38,509 bases of DNA from Thraustochytrium aureum (taxonomy: Eukaryota). Under the pieces are notes generated by a model that was not told the DNA's origin, did no database searches, and saw only the letters and a program-made list of their open reading frames with translations. Shown here piece after piece: positions 10,184 through 19,192 of the stretch. The DNA is taken from positions 218,324-256,832 of the forward strand of contig BLSG01000091.1 of assembly GCA_012862495.1 (NCBI GenBank), given 5' to 3'. The translations under genes and the position numbers were made by a program. Position 1 is the first letter of the stretch. Each line of letters opens with the position of its first letter.

Positions 10184-12243
10184 ATGAAGACGCGCGCCTG
10201 GCGGGCTGCGCTCGCCGGCGTCGCGGTCTGGGCGGCCGATTCGAGTGTTTTGCACGCCGCGGCACAGGGGCACACGTTCAAGCAGCGCAAGGACATGGCC
10301 GAGCCGCTGAGCGACATGTCCGTCGTGCCGCTCTCGGAAGACCGCGTGCTGATTGTCGGGGGCTGCAAGGACTCTACGCAAGAGGTGTACGCCTCGTGCA
10401 AACTCATCTCGGCAGAGTCCTGGATCTACACGCCGTCCACGGACGAGCTCAAGCTCCTTCCGTCTAGGCTCGCGGCGGGCCGGTACCGCCACAGCGCAAC
10501 CCTGCGGGTCTCCCCGAGTGGCGCGCAAAAGGTGTACGTAATGGGGGGGGTCACGACTGCCGACGCGCCGAGAACCAAGGTGGAGGTGCTCGACGTCGAG
10601 TCTGAGACCTGGGCCGAGCTCGACGGCGTCGAGCTTCCCGAGTCGATTTCCGACGGCATCGCCTTCACAACACACGACAACCGAATCATGTTCACCGGAG
10701 GCTACCTGGTCGACAAATTGTACGTGGCAAGCGAAACGACGTATGTGATTGATTCAGCTGACCACCTGACGGACGACGGGCCCGCCCTCAAGCAGCACCG
10801 CGGCGATGCGAGCGTGGCCAAGCTCGGCGAGTACATCTACATTGTCGGCGGTTTCGACGCCACCAACGGCTTTTCCCCCATCGCAACTATGGAAACCTTC
10901 AACGGCGTGTCCTTCGAGACCCACCCCGTGCCGGCGGACATTGCCGCTGGCGACCGCGCGGTCGCGGTTCTTGACAGCAAGCTTTACGTCTTTGGCGGCG
11001 AACTCGGGAGCGGAGTCGGTACAGACCGCATTGAGGCCTTTGACCCTGCAACACAGCGCTGGGAGGATGGCGGCAAGCTCCGGCACTCTCGCAGCAGATC
11101 CGGCGCCGCCTCGGCCGGCAGCATGGTCATTCTCTTCGGTGGACAGATGCAGCAAGGGTTTTCAGGAGATGGCTTGGCCGTTGTTCTCAAGTCTGTGGAG
11201 GCCTTTGTGCTGACTGCGGGCGCCTCTGTGAGTCCCTCTGCGAGTCCCTCTGCAAGCCCGTCAGCAAGCCCCTCTACAAGCTCCTCTTCGAGCCCGTCGA
11301 CCGCTCCCTCGAACAGCCCTTCCGCTGGCCATTCGGCCACACCCTCCGTCGCGCCGAGTCTGGCGCCGACCGCGTTTGGGTTCTGCAACAACGCGCGTGT
11401 TCTCGTCGCCGTCGACCGGTCTTACAGCATCAAAAGCACAAACCTTGCCGCACAAGTGGCAGTTGCCAACGGCCTCGTCGAGCAGCTGTTCATTGGCGAG
11501 TTTGGGGCGCGGCTCTCCGTCGTGAGCATTGGTTTGTCGGTTTCTGACGTTGTCCCGATCTCGAGCCTTGCGTCGAGCAGCTCGTACAACGCAGCGTCCT
11601 CAGGGCTGCCCTCGACGGCTTAATGACGGGCTCGAACGCGACCTCGCGTGGCACCAACTTTCCGCAGATCTTTGGCGCCGACTACGGCGTCGCCCTCGCT
11701 CACAGCACAGCGAACCCGACCATTGTGCTCTTGTCGGACGGGACCCCGCGCGAGCCCAGAGTCTCGGGCAGAAAGGCGCTGCAGAACGCTTGCGCCGCTG
11801 CCGAGCGGTTTCGCGCAGGCAGCGCCGTGCGCACCAAGGTGATCTGCTTCCAGTCGTCGAAAAGGTCAAGGTCGGCCGCTTTCTTCAAGTGCGCATGCGA
11901 TGCGATCTGGCTCGCGGACGGGCTCCGCCAGACGAGCGACCCGACCCGAATTGCGCTCACAATGCGCAACCACATTTGCGAGCCGCATGTCCAGCAAGCT
12001 GACCCGTGCGAGGCCGTCGCGCGCCAAAACGAGCGCGGCGAGCTCGGGAAGCGCAACAAGGGGCGAGCCAAGTACAGGAAAGCGTGCAAGGCCGTGCGGC
12101 GCAATTACCGGGGTCTTGTGACAGAGCCCGGCTCGGAGCTCGAGATGCCGATGGAGCTGCAGTGCTTTTTCAACCGCCGGGGCTGCCACCTGTTCAAGCG
12201 CTTTGCCCCGCTCTACCACGACCGTTACGGGGACGGCGAATGA
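10184..12243 (+). CDS. Secreted Kelch beta-propeller + Ser/Pro stalk + VWA (MIDAS) domain protein; one apparent frameshift near 11596
   Basis: Signal peptide; six Kelch GG repeats (VLIVGG, VYVMGG, IMFTGG, IYIVGG, LYVFGG, VILFGG); (ASPS)n stalk; VWA motifs VDRSYS, GTNF, VLLSDG. Adding one G at gcg^tcctc joins ORF 10184..11623 to 11623..12243 (NAAVLRAALDGLMTGS). Confidence 0.82.
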
Positions 12244-13004
12244 CCTGGCAGATGACCACGCGCTCCAGGCGAGGACGGCACTACGCGTGCGGTCGGTGGA
12301 CGCGACCGTGGATCGCGAGGCGCTCGACAAGAGCACAGGCGGTCGAATTGCTAGCGCAGACCATGGAATGATGAGACAAAGGTCCGCCAGTTGCTCGTAT
12401 CGACCTCCCCCGTGTCGCTCTGGACATCGCGCAGCCCGGGCCAGCTGTACGACATGTACCTACCCATCCGCGCACGTTCAAGCGCAGCGTGCTCGCGCCC
12501 TTTCGCTCAGACCACGTCGCCGCGGGCGCCTCGGAAGACGACNNNNNNNNNNNNNNNNNNNNNNNNNNNNNNNNNNNNNNNNNNNNNNNNNNNNNNNNNN
12601 NNNNNNNNNNNNNNNNNNNNNNNNNNNNNNNNNNNNNNNNNNNNNNNNNNNNNNNNNNNNNNNNNNNNNNNNNNNNNNNNNNNNNNNNNNNNNNNNNNNN
12701 NNNNNNNNNNNNNNNNNNNNNNNNNNNNNNNNNNNNNNNNNNNNNNNNNNNNNNNNNNNNNNNNNNNNNNNNNNNNNNNNNNNNNNNNNNNNNNNNNNNN
12801 NNNNNNNNNNNNNNNNNNNNNNNNNNNNNNNNNNNNNNNNNNNNNNNNNNNNNNNNNNNNNNNNNNNNNNNNNAAGCCCGTGTCCGATGCGCGTGCTGGT
12901 TAGGTCGCTGGGTTAGGCTGTGGACGGGCGACAACGAACACGAGCAGCGGCAGAAGCTGAACGAGGCGAGCGAGGGCGCGGGCGGAGGGCGCGGGCGTGC
13001 GAGG

Positions 13005-13106
13005 GTGCGTGCGGGTGGGTTTGGAAGCGGGCCGCGAAAGAGTTGCTCCCGGGTGCTCGGGTAGTTAGTTTGTGCGGGAGACTGACTGTCTCTCGCGTTG
13101 GTCTAG
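13005..13106 (+). other. Candidate spliceosomal intron in the PP4 5' UTR
   Basis: GTGCGT donor at 13005, ACTGAC branch-like site at 13081-13086, pyrimidine-rich tgtctctcgcgttggtc, and TAG acceptor ending at 13106, 71 nt before the ATG. Confidence 0.45.
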
Positions 13107-13177
13107 GGCGAGGCAGGGCGCGCGAGGGACGGGCTGGGCGCCGTGGCGCGGCGCCCGTGGTAGGTTCGGCCGACACG

Positions 13178-14101
13178 ATGGGGTCCAACTCGGACCTGGA
13201 CAGGCAGATTGAGCAGCTGAAGAGGTGCGAGTACCTGAAGGAGTCTGAGGTCAAGGTGCTGTGCTCCCGGGCGAGGGAGATTTTGATCGATGAGAGCAAC
13301 GTGCAACGTGTGGATGCCCCCGTGACCATCTGCGGCGATGTGCACGGACAGTTTTATGATGTCAAGGAGCTCTTTCGCGTGGGCGGCGAGTGCCCTGGGA
13401 CAAACTACCTCTTCATGGGCGACTTTGTCGACCGCGGGTTCTACAGCGTGGAGACCTTCCTGCTACTCCTCGCGCTCAAGGTGCGGTACCCGGACCGCAT
13501 CACGCTGATCCGGGGGAACCACGAGAGCCGCCAGATTACGCAGGTCTACGGGTTTTACGACGAGTGCCTGCGCAAGTACGGCAGCGTCAACGTTTGGCGC
13601 TACTGCACAGAAATCTTTGACTTTCTGAGCCTCTCGGCCATCATCGAAGACCGGATTTTTTGTGTCCACGGGGGGCTCTCGCCCTCGATCAACACGCTCG
13701 ACCAAATCCGCATCATTGATCGCAAGCAGGAGGTCCCGCACGACGGGGCTATGTGCGACCTGATGTGGTCGGATCCGGAGGAGATTGACGGCTGGGGCCT
13801 AAGCCCACGCGGGGCTGGGTATCTGTTCGGCAAGGACGTCGTGGAAAAGTTCAACCACACCAATAGTCTGCAGCTCATCTGCCGGGCGCACCAGCTGGTC
13901 ATGGAGGGGTACAAGTGGATGTTTAACGAGTCGCTTGTCACAGTCTGGTCCGCGCCCAACTACTGCTACCGGTGTGGCAACGTGGCAGCTATTCTCGAGC
14001 TGGACGAGCACCTCGGCAAGCGCTTCAAAATCGTCGAGGCAGCTCCACAGGAGACTCGCGGCGTTCCGGCAAAGAAGCCAGCTCCAGACTACTTTTTGTA
14101 A
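13178..14101 (+). CDS. PPP4C: Serine/threonine-protein phosphatase 4 catalytic subunit
   Basis: 307 aa from [21 protein letters not shown] motifs [28 protein letters not shown] are present. PP4-type features: [39 protein letters not shown] and C-terminal [11 protein letters not shown]. Confidence 0.96.
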   Translation: MGSNSDLDRQIEQLKRCEYLKESEVKVLCSRAREILIDESNVQRVDAPVTICGDVHGQFYDVKELFRVGGECPGTNYLFMGDFVDRGFYSVETFLLLLALKVRYPDRITLIRGNHESRQITQVYGFYDECLRKYGSVNVWRYCTEIFDFLSLSAIIEDRIFCVHGGLSPSINTLDQIRIIDRKQEVPHDGAMCDLMWSDPEEIDGWGLSPRGAGYLFGKDVVEKFNHTNSLQLICRAHQLVMEGYKWMFNESLVTVWSAPNYCYRCGNVAAILELDEHLGKRFKIVEAAPQETRGVPAKKPAPDYFL

Positions 14102-14329
14102 GCTCGCGAGCGCCGGACGCCCGATTCGCCGTCGGGCCCATGGTCGGATAAGGCGCAAGGCTGAGCGAGTCGGGGAGACGTCGGCTTGCACGTGGTCATT
14201 GAGTCCGCACGGCGTGGGAAGAACGGAGCGGCATGCGATGCCAGCCTGGGTGATTCCGAGCGTAAAATTAAAAAAGCAACAAACGTGCAGCAAACAGAAA
14301 AAAAAAGAGATCTGGCCGCGTGGCTTGGT

Positions 14330-14710
14330 CGATGAAGACTGGCAAGGATGACTTTGCTCTCGTCCAGGATAGAAATCACGAGCACCTGCCCAACCGTCTC
14401 TCGAAGTTCGCCGTCTTTCACCCGGTCTATGGACGACCAGCGGGCGCTTGGGGTCCACAACCTCGCCACATATGCCTTTCACAACCCATGGATTCGCTTT
14501 GCCAAGCGCGACAACACGTCGAGAGCGTTGCGTTTGTTGACTGTGCTGGCCTCGATCGGCAGCCGATGTTGGCCGCATCGTCAGCGTTTTGTAGCGAGAA
14601 CTCTATGCTTTCCGCGCGACTTCAGCTGGACGCCGGCAAGCGCTCGCTCGCGCGCAGTGCTTTCGTAGCTCTGCGCGCTTCATCAGAGAGTCTCGAGGCA
14701 AGATGCACGC
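14330..14710 (-). pseudogene. Decayed fragment of the GTF3C1-like gene (homologous to about 19450-19618 and 20115-20150)
   Basis: Translates RWSSIDRVKDGELRETVGQVLVISILD versus RWSSIDGVEDLKLREQLEQALLFFILD in the gene, and HLASRLSDEA versus YLVSLHLSDEA. Shared DNA includes gtctatggacgaccagcg and gtccaggata. Contains indels and stops. Confidence 0.75.
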
Positions 14711-14788
14711 GCGCAGGAAACGGGACTGGAGCGTGCGAGATTCAGATGAAGCAGTTGAAGCTCGAGGTTCTCAACGGCAGGTTTTTAA

Positions 14789-15211
14789 AAGTGAGCGTTG
14801 CTGGCGTGGAGAGGGAGAGGGAGAGTGAAGAGCAGCATCACAGTTGAAGAGAATGACGTGTGACAGCTTCTCTCCAGAGCCTGCGATGGGGTCGCGACGG
14901 CCAAATGGCCAAAGTCAAGTCCCAGCGGCAGCAATGCCCGGCCGAACGAATGGCGTTCTCCAGCCCAGNNNNNNNNNNNNNNNNNNNNNNNNNNNNNNNN
15001 NNNNNNNNNNNNNNNNNNNNNNNNNNNNNNNNNNNNNNNNNNNNNNNNNNNNNNNNNNNNNNNNNNNNNNNNNNNNNNNNNNNNNNNNNNNNNNNNNNNN
15101 NNNNNNNNNNNNNNNNNNNNNNNNNNNNNNNNNNNNNNNNNNNNNNNNNNNNNNNNNNNNNNNNNNNNNNNNNNNNNNNNNNNNNATTTCGCTGATGCTG
15201 TTGCATGGCGC
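14789..15211. repeat. Unclassified dispersed repeat, copy A (internal N-gap 14969-15185)
   Basis: aagtgagcgttgctg..gtggagagggagaggga..gaagagcagcatcac..tcaagtcccagcggcagcaat..[N]..tgatgctgttgcatggcgc is shared in the same orientation with 26743-27002. Confidence 0.88.
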
Positions 15212-15358
15212 ACGGCTTCGGTCCTGGGTCTGTGGGTCAGACCGTGGCTCGGACGGCACGACTCGCAGACGCGCGTCACAATGCACTTTCATCTATCTTC
15301 TTCTCGTTGTTGTTTACGGTGGCCATTGGCCGAACCAACCCGCGTTGAGGCAGGCGAA

Positions 15359-17377
15359 CTAGGCCGTGACGCAGGTGTCCCGCGAGCCGTCCCACTGACA
15401 CAGGTTGCTGGTCTTCGCGTTGCAAAACGCGGCGTCTGAGATTCCGGCGCACGCTTGCTCGAGCCAACTTCCGGTCGAGGCCTCAGCCTCCGGCCTGCAG
15501 TTGCATTCTGCGGTCGGCGATTGCGTTGGGGAGGCGGTTCGGACGACGCAGTCCTTGTCGACATTGTCCCACATGCACTTGCCACCAGAGTTTTTCGTGC
15601 ACGCGTTCTTTTTGGAAAACCCGTCGCAGAATTCCGCCGTGTCGGTCGGCGATCGCGTTGGGAACGGCGTCGGAGCCTTTGAAGGGCCGCTGTGCCGGGG
15701 GCGGTCAAATCGAGTGTGACACACGCCAGATTTGCTCGACCCGCGCCAACGGCAGCGCGGGACAAGCTTGCGGCAGGAGGCGGTAGTGACGAACCCGTTG
15801 CAAAAGGCCTCTTCGTCTTCCCAATAGTCAAAACTGATCGGGCTCGCTGTAGGCTTCGCAGTGGGAGCCGCCGTGAGAATGGTATTGCAGCCCTTGTTCC
15901 ACATGCAACGTGCGTCAGCCTTGCACGTTGACTTGCTCAAAATCGCACTGCAGTACATCTGCTCGCTATCCAGCGAAGTCGGAGCCCTCGTGGGTCCCCT
16001 GGTCGGTGAGCCTGTGGGAGGCTGAGTCGGCGAGGCGGTGGTGGGTGAGGCGGTGGGACGCTGAGTCGGCGAGATGCTGGGGCTCGCAGTCGGCCGGGCG
16101 CTGGGACTCAATGTCGGCGAGTCAGTCTCCAACCCCACCACTGTGAAAACCCGCACGTGGCCCGCATTGTTCGCTGCCCCATCATTCTGGGGTGCACCAA
16201 TCGCAATCGTTCTGCCGTTCGACGATAAGGACACGGCTTGTCCAGATCTATCACCGGCAGCCTCGCCGTCAATGTCGGGCCCAATTTGCGTCCAGGCACC
16301 CGAGATGAAGCGGAAAACTCGGGCGTGGCCTGCGTCGCTACCTGCCCCATCATTGAATGCTGTACCAATCGCAACCATTGTGCCGTCCGACGAGAGTGAC
16401 ACCGACTGTCCGAAGATATCACCGGCGGCCTCACCGTTTATGCCAGACCCAAGTTGCGTCCACGTACCCGAAATGAGGCGAAACACGCGGACTTTACCTG
16501 AATCGGCCCCTGCATCGTCGCTGAACGGTGCACTTATCGCAACGATTTCACCGTTCGATGAGAGCGACACCGTGAACCCAGACGTGTCCCCGGCGGCCTC
16601 GCCGTCAATGTCGGACCCAAGTTGCGTCCACGTGCCCGACATGAGGCGGAACACTCGGACGTGGCCTGCAATATCTGCTGTCCCATCGTTGTAGGGTGCA
16701 CCTATCGCAACCGTTTCGCCGTCCGACGAGAGCGACACCGAGTGTCCACACCAATCGCCTGCAGCCTCACCGTTAATGTCAGACCCAAGTTGCGTCCACG
16801 CACCCGAAATTAGGCGGAACACGCGGACGTGGCCTGCATCGGCCCCTGTCTCGTCGTTGTACGGTGCACCTATTGCGACGATTTCACCGTTCGATGAGAG
16901 CGACACCGAGAACCCAGACGAGTCCCCGGCGGCCTCGCCGTCAATGTCGGATCCAACTTGCGTCCAAGTACCCGACATAAAGCGAAACACACGGACGTGG
17001 CCGGCGTTGGTACCTGACCCGTCGTTTAAGGTCGCACCTATCGCAACCACTTGGCCGTCTGACGAGAGTGACACCGAATGTCCAGAGCTACTATCGTAGT
17101 CCTCCCCGTCAATGTCAGAGCCAAGTTGCGTCCAGGCACCCGAGGTGAAGCGAAACACTCGAACGTGGCCTGAAAATTGAACTGACTCCCCGTGGACGTA
17201 GGGTGCAGCTATCGCAACCGTTAAGGCGTCCGACGAGAGCGAAACAGAAAATCCATGGAATCCATTGGCAGCATCGCCATTTATTTCAGAGCCAACTGGA
17301 GCCCACATGATCTGTTCGCCATAGCAAGGGGCCAAAGCCACGAGCGCAACAGTTGCGAAAACTCCAAGCCGGTTCAT
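15359..17377 (-). CDS. Secreted FG-GAP (integrin-alpha-type) 7-bladed beta-propeller + Pro/Thr stalk + four Cys-rich C..C..CxW..C modules
   Basis: First ATG at 17377 gives the signal peptide MNRLGVFATVALVALAPCYG. Seven ~56-aa repeats (WTQLGSDIDGEAAGDxSGxSVSLSSDGxxVAIGAPxND..GHVRVF), then (PTASPT)n linkers and four 4-Cys modules. No transmembrane segment. Confidence 0.9.
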   Translation of the reverse strand: MNRLGVFATVALVALAPCYGEQIMWAPVGSEINGDAANGFHGFSVSLSSDALTVAIAAPYVHGESVQFSGHVRVFRFTSGAWTQLGSDIDGEDYDSSSGHSVSLSSDGQVVAIGATLNDGSGTNAGHVRVFRFMSGTWTQVGSDIDGEAAGDSSGFSVSLSSNGEIVAIGAPYNDETGADAGHVRVFRLISGAWTQLGSDINGEAAGDWCGHSVSLSSDGETVAIGAPYNDGTADIAGHVRVFRLMSGTWTQLGSDIDGEAAGDTSGFTVSLSSNGEIVAISAPFSDDAGADSGKVRVFRLISGTWTQLGSGINGEAAGDIFGQSVSLSSDGTMVAIGTAFNDGAGSDAGHARVFRFISGAWTQIGPDIDGEAAGDRSGQAVSLSSNGRTIAIGAPQNDGAANNAGHVRVFTVVGLETDSPTLSPSARPTASPSISPTQRPTASPTTASPTQPPTGSPTRGPTRAPTSLDSEQMYCSAILSKSTCKADARCMWNKGCNTILTAAPTAKPTASPISFDYWEDEEAFCNGFVTTASCRKLVPRCRWRGSSKSGVCHTRFDRPRHSGPSKAPTPFPTRSPTDTAEFCDGFSKKNACTKNSGGKCMWDNVDKDCVVRTASPTQSPTAECNCRPEAEASTGSWLEQACAGISDAAFCNAKTSNLCQWDGSRDTCVTA

Positions 17378-17789
17378 CGTGAGCCACGGAGCGCCACTTT
17401 TGTTTGAGGGCGCCACTGGTTCGAATGAACAGAAAAGACCAGCCTGTTCGAGGGCAACTCAAGGTTCCGTCCGAGACGCGTGCCCGATGCGGCTTGAAGC
17501 GAGGAGAGTTCTGATGATCACGATGGCGCCGCAGATGCTCGAAACGAAAAGTGCGAGGTGCTTCTCTCGAAACGAGAGCAGGCGGCGCTTTCGTTGGGTT
17601 GCCTGTTCTTCGTTGCCGGACAGTCGATAGGGGACTGGTCACCATGGCAGAGCTCCTAACGCGGAAGTGATGGACTTGCCTCTTGGAAAAGCATGGCAGA
17701 GCTCCTGGGCGACCGCGCTGTAAGCCAGCACTTTAACGAGAAGTGGAATCCCGTTGATGGTCACGCCCGAGCTTCGCGGGGAGCCGTTT

Positions 17790-18410
17790 GTCGCCCTTGG
17801 TGAGCCAGCAAGCTCAATGGACGGGACCGGCTTAGCGGAGCCATCCGTTTCACGCCGCGAGCGGGATACGTGAGTCGAACAAGGCAACAACCCTCATTAA
17901 ACGGACCTCCACGCCCAACTGTCTCTCACAGTGCCGCAAGCGCCGAGCGCAGATTCCGAAGGCCTTGCCAAGCAGGCCTAACGAAAAGTGCAGACTACGA
18001 GACAAGCGACAGCGAACCGGTGGCGTGTGGCGCCTGTCGTGGAGTTCATCTTCAAAGTGTTTTCTGTCGGCCACATCAAGGCGGCAACTTGAACTGCGCC
18101 GAAAATCAATCCGTTCCTCTTGGTGACCCAACCCGTGCAAGGCAAGCTCAACGGACATGGCCGGTATCCGTTTCATGCGGCGAGCCGCGGCGGCAGCGAC
18201 TCAACGGACCAGGGAACGAGCAACTGACCCAACTGACCCTCACAGTGCCGCAAGCGCTGAGCGCAGATTCCGAAGACCCTGTCAAGCAGGCCTGATCAAA
18301 AGTGCAAACTTCTAGCTAGAACTGAGGTTTCGTCGGGCCCTTGTTCTTGCGTTGGTAAATCGTGGCGACTGGAGGTGTAATCGAAAGTGTCGGCCGCACC
18401 AAGTTTGCAC
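17790..18410. repeat. Degenerate tandem duplication with a period of about 315 bp
   Basis: cacagtgccgcaagcgcYgagcgcagattccgaag..caagcaggcct..aaaagtgca at 17927 and 18241. cttggtga..gcaagctcaaYggac..atccgtttca at about 17796 and 18119. Confidence 0.75.
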
Positions 18411-19192
18411 TTGCCATGAATCAAAGCGCTCCTGACCTGGAAGCGATACTCCTCTCCGAGTTACCTGGCACTTGCTTTTGATCAAGAAAAAAAACAAGCT
18501 CACTGAGCACTTTCGCGCCCTTCAAGCGCCACGGTCCGTCCTGCTTAACAGTCCCATTCGAGTGGGTCACCAGGTCGAGGCGAACATGGCAAAGGCGTTC
18601 TCTTCGCTCGCTGCACGACATCCATCAGCCTTGGTCCACGGCTGGAAACAGCGTCCGCAATTGGAGCCAGAACAAACTGCTCGATGACCCTCGAGAGCAG
18701 GATCCCGTTCCCGCCATCTCTTACTCGCGCGTACCAGATTGGCCACGCCGCGGTGATTCGCGAAACGATTTGTTGGAGAAAATTGATTTTGGGTCTGGTT
18801 CCCACGGAGGGCTCTTCAGCATGCGGCCTTCGTCGCATGTCCCGTCACAGGCGACGTCCTTGGAGGCAACGTCTCTACGAGCTGACGAGACCTCAAAGTC
18901 CTCTCGATAGGTGGTGATTGAGTACCGCAAGGCTCGTCGAGACTCTTCTCTCTAGAGAGGAAACCCGCTGGCGATAGGCAGAACATGGACCAGGACGACA
19001 TGCTGCCTGGAGCGCTGCCTGCTGGCCAGGACGCCCCAAACGAATTGGCCTCAAGGATTTGCCAACCCGCCCGACACGCTCGCGGCATCCATTTTGCCTT
19101 TTTTACGCGTCCGTTCAAAACTCAGGCCGCAAGCCCCTCGCCTCAACAGAGAACAGAAGAGGTGAGTGACGCTTTCTTCCAGACTCTGAACT

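Noticed and set aside
12244..12542. Coding-looking sequence after the Kelch-VWA stop
   Set aside because: No consistent frame or motif, and truncated by an N-gap.
12920..13177. N-terminal extension of PP4 in the ORF track (similarly 28420-28578 for the oxidoreductase and 17378-17416 for FG-GAP)
   Set aside because: These start at non-ATG codons, and homology or the signal peptide begins at the downstream ATG.
16140..17310. Regularly spaced repeats as a CRISPR-like array
   Set aside because: They are in-frame 168-bp coding repeats of a propeller, with no unique spacers and no cas genes in a eukaryotic context.
17927..18247. Two CACAGTG heptamers resembling RAG/Transib recombination signals
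   Set aside because: No ACAAAAACC nonamer at 12/23-bp spacing, the orientation is direct rather than inverted, and the tandem duplication explains both.
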